From Lophium mytilinum (taxonomy: Eukaryota): a stretch of DNA of 64,000 nt. Position 1 is the stretch's first letter; the number at the start of each line of letters is the position of its first letter. The notes beneath the pieces are model-generated. The model worked only from the letters and a program-made list of their open reading frames with translations, was not told the origin of the DNA and searched no databases. The translations under genes were made by a program, and so were the position numbers. This document shows positions 37,951 to 50,106 of this stretch, in pieces. Where the stretch lies: contig MU004201.1 in the NCBI GenBank assembly GCA_010093605.1, forward strand, positions 439,106 through 503,105, given 5' to 3'.

Positions 37951-39499
37951 AATTCGTTATGCGATATCTAGATAAGTTTAGCCAATCAGCCGCTTAGATC
38001 CTAGCGCCGAAATGTCTTAGTAGGTTAGAGGGGCATGCCAGTTTGCATAAGAAAGTAGTGCTTAGATTAGAATATTGAAAGCGAGACTATTATGGGGATT
38101 TTCGAACATAAATTCATAAGACAAATAACCTTTCCGAAATAGAGCTCTCGCCAACCAACGTGTCTATATTACCGCACTGAGGATGTTAAAGGCCCCTTTA
38201 GTTTATTTTATTTTGAATTCATGTTCGAAATTGCCCATAATACTCTCGCTTTCGACCATCTAATTAATACTCTTGTTGCCATTCTCGATGTACAGGATGG
38301 CGAAATCCGACTCTACGCCTCTACGTGGTGCCACCTAGGAACCTTGCTCTACTCGCAGAAGGATTTCTTGAGCAGATTGGTCCTTATATTTAGGCTTGTC
38401 ACCCCCTAAGATTGGAGCCCTCCACGACAACATTACGGCTCGACCGCAGCTTGACTGTCCCCTCGAATTTGACTCGATTTAATGCATTAACGACATGCAC
38501 CACCTATCCTCTATAAAAGAGTTAGGGCTGTACCTGCAAAGCGCTTTCTACACTACAATCGACACATTAATAACGCCTTGGATGAGAACAAATTAATAAC
38601 ATATCCATAAGCCGGCTCACATATTATAACGTCTGATCCGCGTCGCCACCCACATCCATTACTATATTGGGGGTTGCGGTTAGGGCTTTAGGGCATGCTA
38701 AATTTCTGGTTCAACCCGTAGGGCATGCAGTATTTAGGAAGGATAAGTGTCTTCTTTGGTGGATCTACGTAATGGGTATGGACTAATATACTTAGTTCCG
38801 TTGCATGTGCCTATTTGCCGTCTCTAGTAAACTCTGGCCTCTCCTCATGTAAAATAGTTGATAAGAATTAATTCCTGAATACTCCTTCTGCTCCCGCTTC
38901 TTGCGTTCCGTATTCTCATTCTATTCGCGCTTCTTGCCTTCGGCATTCTCTTTCTGCTCGCTCTTCACGCGATTGGTTTCTGTTGAGCAAGGTCAAGATA
39001 TTAGACCGGCTATCGTTTAAATCTTTACTGTTATAGACGTCGTGCTGGCCCTTATAAATACTGGGGCGTATGAGACTTTAAAGGGGTGTAAACCAATGTA
39101 TTGAGTGAAATAGTGCTAGAGGATAGGCCTCCAGCACGGTGTAACTAGGTAGTTCTTGTTTACTGCTTCCTTCCTTTACCTACCGCTGTCTGCCGTGCTT
39201 GATATTCACACTATCTAAGTTTCTGATCCAATCTACAAGCCTTGCCATTGGCATGCCAATCTTGAGTCTAGATTATGCGGGCTAGCTCCCGTTTACACTT
39301 TCTAAGGCCGTGTAGGCCGAGTATTGGGCCGTTAGCTAATCTGAATTTCGCCCTGGGACTACATTGTCTCGCAATTCCCTGGCTCTACCTTTGCTGTATC
39401 CATGGCGAGGGCGGCCACCAGCGATCCATCTGCACTCGCGCAAGTTGTTAAGGGGCTAGATACGATGCCTCCCCCTCCAGCTGCTGCCACGCACACGCT

Positions 39500-39728
39500 C
39501 CCTTATCGTGTTGTGCTAGAGGGGTGCTATAGCCGTGGTTAATGAGGCTGGCGATTCCGCCGGTGGCGTAGGATCTACCGTCTTACTTATATAGGCTAAG
39601 CGTGACCGTACCAATCTAGTTTAAGCAGTTCAATCTAAAAATCTAATTAATTAAGCTTTATTCTATATATATCAACCCAATCAAGCTGCTACCTAGTTAA
39701 GCCGGCCGCCGGTTTAGTAACCACGCTG
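39500..39728 (-). mobile_element. Left end of a second member of the 1139-1671 hAT family
   Basis: GCCGGCCGCCGGTTTAGTAACCACGCTG ends at 39728, and its reverse complement aligns with 1139-~1385. Confidence 0.88.
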
Positions 39729-39882
39729 CCGTACGGTAAAGAGGACCTCGAAAGAATGCGCCTAATGACAGCATCCGGATTCCGCTTCTTATTCAACTTC
39801 TTTAACTCCCGTCTCCCCAGCTTCCACTTTCCACCTTACGTCTCTAATTCGCCCATGCAATTCGCCCATTATTACAGCAATC

Positions 39883-40147
39883 ACGGTCCGGGGCATTAAA
39901 GGCAACGAGATGTCAACCCCAAAACCTCCAAGCTCAAGAGAGCCGCCTCTGGCTCGCAGTCTGCCAATAACCAGAAGCCCGTCTTGGATTTCTCCCGGAA
40001 GAAGACGGATACTAGCTCCAGCTCTGCTCCGGCCTCTTTACTACTGGAACCCACTTCTATAAAGAAGGAGACACCATTAATTGGTAGCAGGAAGGACCCC
40101 TCAGTCCGCAGGACAGCCGCGGCGGCCTTGACACTGGCCCCGAGCAC
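39883..40147 (+). pseudogene. MSH6: Probable MSH6 N-terminal fragment with degenerate PCNA-binding PIP box
   Basis: ..STPK..SKLKRAASGSQSANNQKPVLDFSRKK..LTLAPS resembles the fungal MSH6 N-terminus (NQKSILGFFQK..LTPxPSSD). Low-complexity region, so weaker than the other fragments. Confidence 0.55.
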
Positions 40148-40259
40148 AACGCGACGTATGCCAGATGGCAGACTGGCGGTAGAAGGCTATGGGGGTAGAC
40201 TGCTCCACGTTATCCTCGTTTAAAACACTTTATCTTGATATTTTAGGGGAGCTAGCCGT

Positions 40260-40362
40260 TCCCCTCTGCATGCTTGAGGTTTGCGCCGACACACCCACCA
40301 CGATGCCCGCTTGTAGGCTATAACTGTAACCATCCTCTCTGCACGCTTAAGGGTTGCGTCGA
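40260..40362 (-). repeat. Two dispersed inverted partial units of the 108-119 bp array family
   Basis: CTCTGCATGCTTGAGGTTTGCGCC and CTCTGCACGCTTAAGGGTTGCGTC. Confidence 0.85.
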
Positions 40363-42129
40363 TGCATCCATCCCAGAACACGACGCTGGTGTGCGGAGAT
40401 GGGCGGTTAAAGTGGGACCAGTCGGTTAAGTCCTGAAGACGTAACGATAGCTGATTTTAGTTAGCGTAGGCTGCGCCAGGCCAGATAGAAGGTAATAGAG
40501 AAGCTAATATTTAGCAGTAAGAGTAAACTCTACAAGAAATCCGAGGGCGTCCCACCTAGAACCGCAGTATAAAGGCTTAGCCCGCTAACAGGCTTATAGA
40601 ACGCGTCTTATGCCCTGGACCTAATTATTCCTATCGTCTAATGCCAATCGAGTAGTGAGACTGTTTGCGCTACGACGGCCGCCGGTGCATTGGAGGTCGC
40701 CCCTGCAACGAACGCGGCGGTGGCGCGGATAGAGAAGAGCGCGCGGATAGCGACATCGCTGGCGAGGATGAGGAAGCATAGCAAGATGCTAATAACACAA
40801 GTTCAAGAGAAGTATTAGAACGGACGATGCTGATCCATATATCTGCTTCTAATAATACAAGGTCTAACAGCTATAGAAGAGGCGTGGCAGCAACGCATAA
40901 ACTATTAAGAAAATAAGGAACCTGAGAAGGGAACTAGAGAATGCGCGACATCTTAACTCAAGTAAGGCGTAGGAAAGGCATGAGCTAGGAAGTGTTGGCG
41001 ATTTTCAAATCCATAAGAGGAAAGTGGGTATCAATGAAAATGACGAAGACTTTATCTTGCTGAATGTTAGCGTGATTCCGGATAAAGTATAATGATGGTC
41101 TTACATGATTCTAATAGCGTGTTGCTAAAACATGTGCTGCGTTAATTTATAATGCTTCGCTAAGAAATTATATCCGCAGAATGCCATATTAAATGGGGTG
41201 TACTTAGGGGCTTTTAACAGCTGTTTAGTACTGTTTGAGGTGGCTTATATAGGCGTGAACATCGTGCCTATAATGTTAAATCCCTAAGATAATAAGAGCT
41301 CTTCCGTGACTAGTATAGTATTGAAGTAACAAGAAGAAAATCTGGGTTTACCGCTTTCGGCTTCGGTGCAACGCCTCAAGAAGTGGATGGGAATGCTGCC
41401 ACGCACACGAGCGCTGACGGCGTGCCGTTGCTCGCGCAGCCAGACGAAGCCCTCCAAACGGGAACGCGGTATTACACCCAAGGCATGAAGAGGGGGGTGG
41501 TGGGTTGGAAAGCTGCCAGGCTCCTTATAAGCGGCGGTGAGGGCGTGCCGTCGCTCGCGTGCTGGAGATGCTGGGAGGGACAGGCACGGCTGGACGAGGG
41601 CGGCGATGGGCATAAGGGCGGCGATGGGGGTCGGGGGTAGCATGTTAAGCATTGCTGCACACTAAATTAGACCTGTGGATGCTGCTCGTTGTGGAACTTT
41701 TACTATCGCGTGTGTGATGACTACTCATTCTCTTCTTAGCGGCATTGCTGCGCTGGGTTGTGTGCGAAAAGCAGTGGCATTAGAAGGCTAGAGATGAGGG
41801 TTTGGATCGGGCTGTGAGATGTCCGTTGACGGCGTTAAAGGGATTGTAGGAGGAGTGAGTGGCAGTAGAGACGATTATAGTTAAGCATGGTTGAGGAGAT
41901 CGACGGCGTTTATAACAACGAGGTCATCAGGACAGTGTAGTGGGTGGTACCTGTATGCTATTTTCTTTTTGGAAGAAACCGAGAGATTGTAAGTTATATA
42001 ACTAGAGCCCAACTCTATTCCGAAACCGACAATTGTGAATACTTACCCAAAGCTAATCTCTATCCGCTCCTGCCCGTTTTATCCGCTCTACATCGCAGTC
42101 TAAATTGTTCTAAAGTTAGGTACCTTTAC

Positions 42130-43650
42130 CTCCACGAGTTGTCCTCCAACTCCCTATTAGAAACCTCCTTAAATTTGAGATTGCACAGATGGTTGCGTTC
42201 CCAAGTCTTCGCACAATGCTAGCAGAAGTGGTGCTGGCAATTGAAACCTAGTTGTGTTATTAGCTATTGGCAAATTCTTATGAGTTGAGCAACGTACATT
42301 TTATGTGGTACTAGGGTCCTTCTAATGGCCGACCCTACACAATTGGGACCGTGCAATTGGGACATGGTTTTATTACCTTCCTCGCTTCCTCTATAGTATT
42401 TAGAGCGCTTATATACTAGTCCTTCCACCGCCCTTTAAACGTTTCGCAGGTGACGCCCGGGTGACTATATTCTTGGCAAGTGTTATAATACTATCCTTTA
42501 GGGTAACGGTCTTTATAAGTCTCATACCTATTATTGGTGGATTAGTAATGGAAGACGCGAGGTATTAGCAAAGGCAAGCATACTGACGTTGGGCCGTCTC
42601 TGACAGAAATTCGTAGAGGCCTTCCTTGTATTGGATCCTTGCAGGGCATAAAGGGTATGGACATTTCACGCCTCCCGCATACTAAACAACCGCAGGATTC
42701 TGGAACTGCGTCTCTATTATACTCTCCATATAGTCGTTGCACATAGATGGGTCATGTTTGCATTTTTTACCTAGTGCCGTAAAGTAGGTATGTAGCTTCC
42801 TTACCCCACATTCTAAACACTTCGGGTATCGTCCTGACGGCTGCCATTTCGGCGAGTTATGTGTCGGAGGCTGTGTCGGAGGCTGTGTCGGAGGTAGGGC
42901 AGGGCGGGGAATAGACTTTATTCTCTGCTAAAACTGTTAGCAAGCGGCCGATAATAGAAAAGAGAACGGCGAATAGAGAGGGGAACAGCGTGGAAAATCC
43001 ACGTGTCTGAGAGGGCGTGCTTACGGTCTTGGGGACGTAGTCCGTCTCATTATCCACTCGCTTTTTGCGAGGCGTTTTCTTCGATGAAGTCGTTCCTCAA
43101 CGCTTTGGGATCCTCGCTGGCGTTGCTGGCGATTCGCCCCGACGCTTTGGAATCGGGATGAGCACTTGTGGAGAAGCCGCCCTTAGCGGCGTCTGCGGCG
43201 CCGCTCTAGAGGGGGCCGGCGGTGGTGTCGTAAGACGGTTTCTTAAGCCCTCTAACGTGATGAGAGGACATGGTCTAATCTCTACCCGGTCCTCCTTCTT
43301 GTCGATTTCACAGTCTGAGTCACGGTCTTTGTCTTTTGGGCATCCGTAAGAATGGAATTCGCTAGTGAACCTTTTGTCTTAAAGGCGGAGATAAAACTAG
43401 TAAAGCTCGTTCTGGCATTTAGGACCTATGTGTGTTATTAGTCGTTGGCACCTTTTTCTTAGTCGACAAACGTACAAGTTCGAAAGGTTGAGCTACTGTG
43501 ATTGTCCGCAATTCGCCCACTACAGTAGGGGGAGGTACATGGCTTGGTAAGTGACACCCATTGCTGGGCTGCTCTAAATTTGATGCGCCTGTAGCATTTC
43601 GGTTCTGGACACATAACGCTATACCTATTTCAATCGCGAGTTTTATCATA
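42130..43650 (-). pseudogene. RBR-type (RING-IBR-RING, Ariadne-like) E3 ubiquitin ligase, RIP-mutated
   Basis: KCLECG..KCKH..MCNDY..VKCPYPLC; TCQEYSHPGVTCETF; KPCPNCTVPI..HIKC..CQHHFC*HC. Intron at 42934-43024. Confidence 0.8.
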
Positions 43651-46600
43651 ATCGAGGGGCTTCTTAAATTCGCTCTTTAGGAACAACTGCACACACCTGT
43701 TGCATGAGGACTTGTAAATGTATCTTTTAGTCAACCTTGAGAATTCGGCCGTTGGCTTGAGGTCATCACAGGTTAGACACCATCGGTTGTTAACGAACGG
43801 ATCCTTAAAGTAGGGAGCACAATAACGCCCCTGAAGCTGTTAGCAAGCGGCCGACAATAGAGAAAGGAATAGTAAATGGAGAGAGGAACGGCGTGGAAAT
43901 TCTACGTGTCTGAAGGGGCGTGCTTACGGTGGTGGGTCTTGAGTACGTTACTTCGTCCTCTAGCTCGGAAGTACACTTGCGTCCCATTGTGTTGAAGGTG
44001 TGTGGATTGATATAGTAGCTGGCGCGAAGATCTAACAAGAAGATGTTGAGATTAAGTATTTGTGAGGGGCTATAAAGACAGATCTTTTTGGAGAGGCAGG
44101 TAAGGTGTTATTTATCTTAGAGCTCTAGACTCGGGAGGGTGTTGCTATGGGACCTCAGCCATGGCGGAATCCTGCCCCGTGCCAGGTATCCCGCTGGTTG
44201 AGGTGCGGATACCCGCCTGTGCAACGCGGATTCATGGTTAGAGATAAGGATGTTGGCAGCGAGAGCGGTTGGTGAGAGGTTGGAGGATGGCTGAGTTCGC
44301 TGTCGCATTGAGGTGCAAACACCTGCTGTTGCGATACGAATTTATAAGCGTCGAGAGCGATATTGAGACCGCCCCGGTGCGGTACGGTTGAGAGGGTTTA
44401 GGGAGCAATTAGGCAGCCTCACTATTCCAAGAAATAAGAAGAGATGGCGCTTTATTCATGGCGCTCGCAAGCTTGGATGCGCGGCCGCACTGAGCCGTTC
44501 CGACGCAGTATATCACCTGCAGCTGTCCTCACCGATATTTGGGAACTAAGGTTTGGCCAGCGCAGGTGGAAGTGACGAAAAAGCTGTGACACCTCGGCTG
44601 GGTAGCAACCTTAGGCGCTGCATCTCCAAGCGGCTTTCTGATGGACCATGCAAGCCATTTAATATTGCCACGGGAATATGCTTTGCCTCCATTCTAGTAA
44701 GGAACTGATTGTCACTTTTAATTGAGGCGCAATCGATCGTATCTTCTAGCCCGTGATATTTTTCTGCCCCCGCTTTTCCACTTTTCTCAACGCCATGAAG
44801 TCTGGGTGGAGGTAGGCATGGCTTTGGTACCGGAGTGCCGTAACGGGCATTCCTCGGTAGAGGGTTTAAGGCACCTAAGATAAGTTTTCACCAGGTTGTA
44901 ACCTTTATCCGGTGATTACGTGGCTATAAACAGATTCCAGCACGCTAAGCCTAATGGGGCCCGGATTAGCTATTAGCCCGGGTTTTCGCTGCACCTGAAC
45001 ACCACACCTTTTCTGGCAGATTTGCCTGCATTTTATACTAGGCAACTTCTACAGTACTTCTATAGCATATAATATCTATAGGCAACTCCTATATAAACTA
45101 TTAGCGTAAGAAAACGCGTTGCAGGACTATAACACTAATGCACGCGTTCCAGCACGGGCCTGTGCCAATTACCTGACCGTTTAAAATATCAACTCCACGG
45201 CAACGCCTGGTGCTTGGTGTATAGGGTATAGTATAGTAAGGCCCTACTGTGCTACTTATAGGTATATACTATCGCAAGATTTATAATTTCTAGGTGGAAG
45301 GCACGTGATATTATTAGGGCCGGCCCCACCCAATACTGGGCGGATTAGTATTACATGACTAGAGAGAGTCGGCGTTATACGTGCTGTATTTAATGAAGAT
45401 ACTAAGAATAGAGAGCAAGTCTAGAGAACGACAAGGCTTTATGCACGTGCCTGCTCCTACTGTACCCCTGCTCCCTAGCAGTTATTGTCTAGGCAGCCTA
45501 CACCACGGTGGAAGCGTCCATCTCGATAGATAACGCGACGCTGTGGTTTAAACCAGAAGGGAAATGGTGCGCTCTAAATTTAGTATACTAAACTTGTCAC
45601 GAGTGTCCCAGATTGGGTTCATTGCAAATACGTGTAACCCGAAGTTTCCGAGATTTAATTCTCTATTGAGGGTATATCGTTCTAGAGAGGTAAAGAATAC
45701 TAGCAACGAAGCGCCTCCAATCTCTTACACGTTTCACCTCCTCTTACCTTTCCGTCACCACCTAAAGATCTTTCTCCTTATCTTCCTACATCGCCGCCCA
45801 TCACATTCCTCTTTTTACCAGAGGGATGTGTTGACAGCTTTTCTATCCTATTCTAGTTATCTTTAAGTCCTCCAACTATTGAGATTCAATTAACGAGCTT
45901 ACTGTCATCATGGCAGCCTACGGGTAAAAAGGCCCTATTTATGCTTCGTAGAATTCCTCTCAGTTTCATCTTTCTAATAATCTTTTTTAGCACAAGCCCT
46001 TACTGTTGCACCTTCAACATCGATGGAAACAGCTTCCATGAATTCCGACTATCCTATCTCGGAAACTCCTATTACACTTTGATCGTTGGAAATAATTTAG
46101 TAGTAGAGTTTGCAGCTATAAGTAGTATATATATTCTTTCTATTTAAAACTATTACTAATTCTTCTTAGCTAAATGCGATGGTGAGAGGCATGTCTTATT
46201 AGGACAACTGGCCCGTCTCCATATTTACCGTATATCACGATGGAGTCCCAATTTAAATGTTAACGGAGCGAGCAACTCTGGACTACGGAACGGTGAGAAT
46301 CTGCCAAATTGACCTAGGCAGGATGTTGGTCAGGATTGCGGGAAGATTACCGTAGGAAGGGAGGAAGGAGCTAAGGAACATGAGAGAATAGATGGCTCCG
46401 GAGTCTTACCCGTGGTTCCCTCCGAACCAGAGTCTAGAAACTCTCGAAACCCGGCATAAGAAACCGAGTTTAAGATCAGCTCATGAAACGTCACCATTAA
46501 TTCCCTATTAATCTTTCCCTACTAAGATCCTGTAGTCTTAGCTTAAACCTATCCGACAAGTTGCATCCTCTAAGCCCTCATACGTTTGTTCGCTACGGAC

Positions 46601-48773
46601 CCTCTCTCTATCGCCGCATCTCCATCGCCGCAGGAGTCAAAAGCCCGGACACTGCTGCCTCTCGGCCTCGTTAAAACCCCGATGTCGTTAATTCTCTCCC
46701 GAGCGATCCCTACAAGTGTATTATTAGCACACCGATCCAACAGCAAGTTCCTCTATTACTAGCCAGACACATTAAATTTTACCACCATAGCACGTACAAC
46801 GTGTACGTCTACTATTTCTATAATTACTACATTCCATGACAGTCTCCTAGCCTATACAGCACCTGACTTCTTCTCTTTTCTTTCCTTTTGTTTCAACGTG
46901 CAGCAGACCGGGACGCCTGCCATTCTTTAGGACGGCGATTATTAGGTAGTAGCGGTGAGGGCTACGGCAGGCCTTTATATGCAGCCTCACCTTCCCCTAG
47001 ACTTCTCTTCTCTCCTGCTTTATTATCTAATCTATTATGTATACGGCCTACAGCTCCTTAGTCTATAACATAGTATAAGTAACGTAGCATCTTACGGCGT
47101 ACAATTAATACATTCCAACAAAGCTAAGATTAAGTACGAATTCTCTGGAGTGCGCAGTGGAATGAGCTTTGCCGCAGATGATGGCAATAACTCTGATGGT
47201 TCGGGGCTCGATAATTTCCCCGATAACTGTAAGGACGTCCGCTAGGGTCCCCTTCTAAGGGAAGACTTTCTTTGCTCTCTCAGAATTAAAGAACAGGAAG
47301 TTCCTACTCTTTGCCGCCCTCCATAACCTCAAATTTAGCACCTGCTATTCCCGCAAACAGAAGCAGATCTCCAACTTTAGAAAACAGTACTAGAAAGGGA
47401 CAAGGAAGCGCATCTAGGAGCCGTGGTTACAATAGCTTGCATAACTCTTTCTTGCATAGCGATGCCTCTATAGTTCCACTGGAGACCTACGCTACCGCCT
47501 TACTTAAACTAACCACTAAGATGGGGCCATTCTATTTTTTGGGAACATCACTTGGGAGGCTTTCCTGTAAGTCCGTTTAATAGTAGTGCCGACCATCTTG
47601 GCAGCACTCTTAGGTCACTTGGACACTAGGGATAGCGTATAATAAGACGAGCTAGAGATACTATATCCACGGCGCAGAAAGGACGTTAACGTATCAAGTA
47701 GATTGAATACGTTAGTGCGTACTTTCCCCGCCGGTTTTCGTCAGCAAACTCGCCACCTAGGCCGAGGTGACGCTCAGCTGGGAGTAGGACATGACTGAAT
47801 TTCACGAAGTTTAAAGTCCTGGACGAATCTATCGAAACCCCTCTAAAGCATAGTTGGTCCATTAGCAAACGAGCTCTCTTCTGCGTCATCTAAAGTGAGT
47901 AGCCCCGAAATGACATAAGAACCGCATCTGATAGTTGTAGTGACGTTGGCTTAAAGGGCTTTCTAACACATGGTGATGCGTTGATGAGTTTACTGGAGTA
48001 ACTATAATACGGCTCTGCTCCAACAGTCGTTCATAAGAGAAGCGTCTAGAAGTTTAATTCTTAATAGATTTCCCTCCCTACCGACCCTGCGTAGCTCCAA
48101 CGCAGACGCCTTCTAAGCTGCTGCACGAGCACCGTAGAATTTCGCTGCGAAATCTGTACCGTCAAGCGAATAACCCAGTCTGAAGGCATGAAAGAGGAGG
48201 GTAGGGAGATAGCCTCTATCGCAGAGAATGGCAATAAATTCAATGGATATGTTTCCGGGCCTAGTGAATGTCTAGGCTGCTATAAGGATGCCTACTACTT
48301 TTACTGGTTCGTTGGTTATGTTAATCATGTGACAACGCCGCCTATCCATTCGGGCGTTAATTAACCTCTTAATGCATCCAGTAGTTGTTATTTGTAAAGT
48401 GAATGCTTAGTATTCTACTAAAGGGGCATCGCCTATATATGTATTACAGGAAAGGACCTGTATAAAATCGGTAGATCCAGAAGTTACGTTCTTAGGAGCG
48501 TTAGACTGACAGCCTTGAATACTCTACTCTAACAAAGCTTAGTAGGACTCCAGCTGCAGCAACCTTCCACACGAGCGAATTCAAGACACAAAGAGAGATG
48601 AGCCCGTGTTGTATCGGCTTGCGCAAGCTTAATTAAAGACCCAAGGCTGGTGTTGAAGCGGGAGTCCATAGGTGAAAAGACAAGAAAGTGGAGGAAAAGC
48701 TAGGATGGATACAGTTGGTAGCGTGAGAACTATAAAACAACGCAGCTAAGCTTATATTCCCCCTCTAGATTAA

Positions 48774-49385
48774 CTAAAACTTAATATCCTCCAATGAATA
48801 GGATGTATCCTTTTGAACTTTAATAATCTCCTCTAAATCTTTCTTTTAGCGCTCCCAGAAGTGAGTGTCTTTAAGGTACAATGCCCAGGCCTCTCTGGTG
48901 CCGGTGATTCCGTCCGGGAGTATGCAGGTGCAGGTGCAAGTGTTGCTGGTTTGCCAACGTAGGCCAGCTTCGTGGCCTACTTGGACCTTAAGATTAGGAT
49001 GGAGCCATTCCTCAATTTGAAGGTACCCCGGGATGAAGAAGTTTGCCTTTTCGTTGAGGTCTTTTATGTTGACTTGATCGTGAGGTTTGAGTGTAAGATA
49101 CCTCCGGATTGAATAGTAGCAGGTTATGGCCTGGCGCCATTCCCCGTAGTAGGGGCAAATAGGTAAGCCGTTGTGTTGATGGGCATAAGGATAATGAGCC
49201 TATTGGACTATGTCCCGTTGAGACTACCAGTGGCGAGCTTTACTATAGTGGTGTGCATAGTTAACCCATGCAGCTGTCTGCAGCTACTCGGCCTATGTAG
49301 CTATCTGCGCCCACTCGGCCCATGTAGTTGTCTGTGCAAATGTTAGAGATCCGTCTACTAGTCTCTGGCTAAAGTAGGGTTGCAT
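48774..49385 (-). pseudogene. Cys-rich orphan-family gene, copy B (204 codons, 5 TAG/TAA stops)
   Basis: NGLPICPYYGEW..HEAGLRWQTSNTCTCTCILPDGITGTREAW..FWE..LEDI aligns with 11339-11854. Confidence 0.75.
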
Positions 49386-50106
49386 TGTTTAGGTTTATAG
49401 CACTTACACGGTTCGACATAGGGCACTATCAGTTAGAGATAAGTAGCTAGACACGTTGGACTTATAGTCTCCGTTGGGCGTTTCTTGCGTTTTGTACGGA
49501 CTGAGAGAAGCGTAAGGGGTTATTTAATGGCCGTGAAGAGTTTATACAGGTGTGGGAGAGCTAGATATATCGCGATTGACTCGGGGATGGAGGAATGGCC
49601 CCGCTACTGCCATCCTGCGCCTAATATAGTATTTAATGCGGCCTTGCAAGAAACACTGCTCTAGACTAATAAGCCCGATCTCTCGGAGCTCTCATCCTGT
49701 ATTACCTAGGAAGCCACCCAATACAGCCTCTAGACACCGGAAGTGATGAGAGTGCAGATAGCGGCTAGGGTAAAGTATGGCACGGGAGGTTTTGTTGGCC
49801 GCAGCGGCCTTTATAAGGTTTAAACGCCTCTGTTACGCAGCATGAGACGCGCCAAAGACCACCCGTTATGTCGTGTCGCTGCAGCTTGTGTATTAATGAT
49901 CGGACGTGATCCTGACTCGAAGATAGTAAATAAACGTGTACCGGCTAATCGCATGCTCTGCCGTCACTCGTGCAGTCCTTGTCGCTGGTCAACCCTAGTG
50001 ACAATAGAAGCTGCCCCAGCTTAAAATAAGCCTGCGTGCCATGTCTCCTCTCTCGTCCATCTATAAAGAGAATCTATACCTCTATTTGGCGTCTTAATTA
50101 GCAACC

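Noticed and set aside
40440..40800. LINE ORF1 zinc-knuckle remnant
   Set aside because: The Cys/His ligands are too degenerate and no ORF2 follows.
45560..46330. Gypsy integrase remnant on the minus strand
   Set aside because: Only vague resemblance, with no recognisable DDE or HHCC motif.
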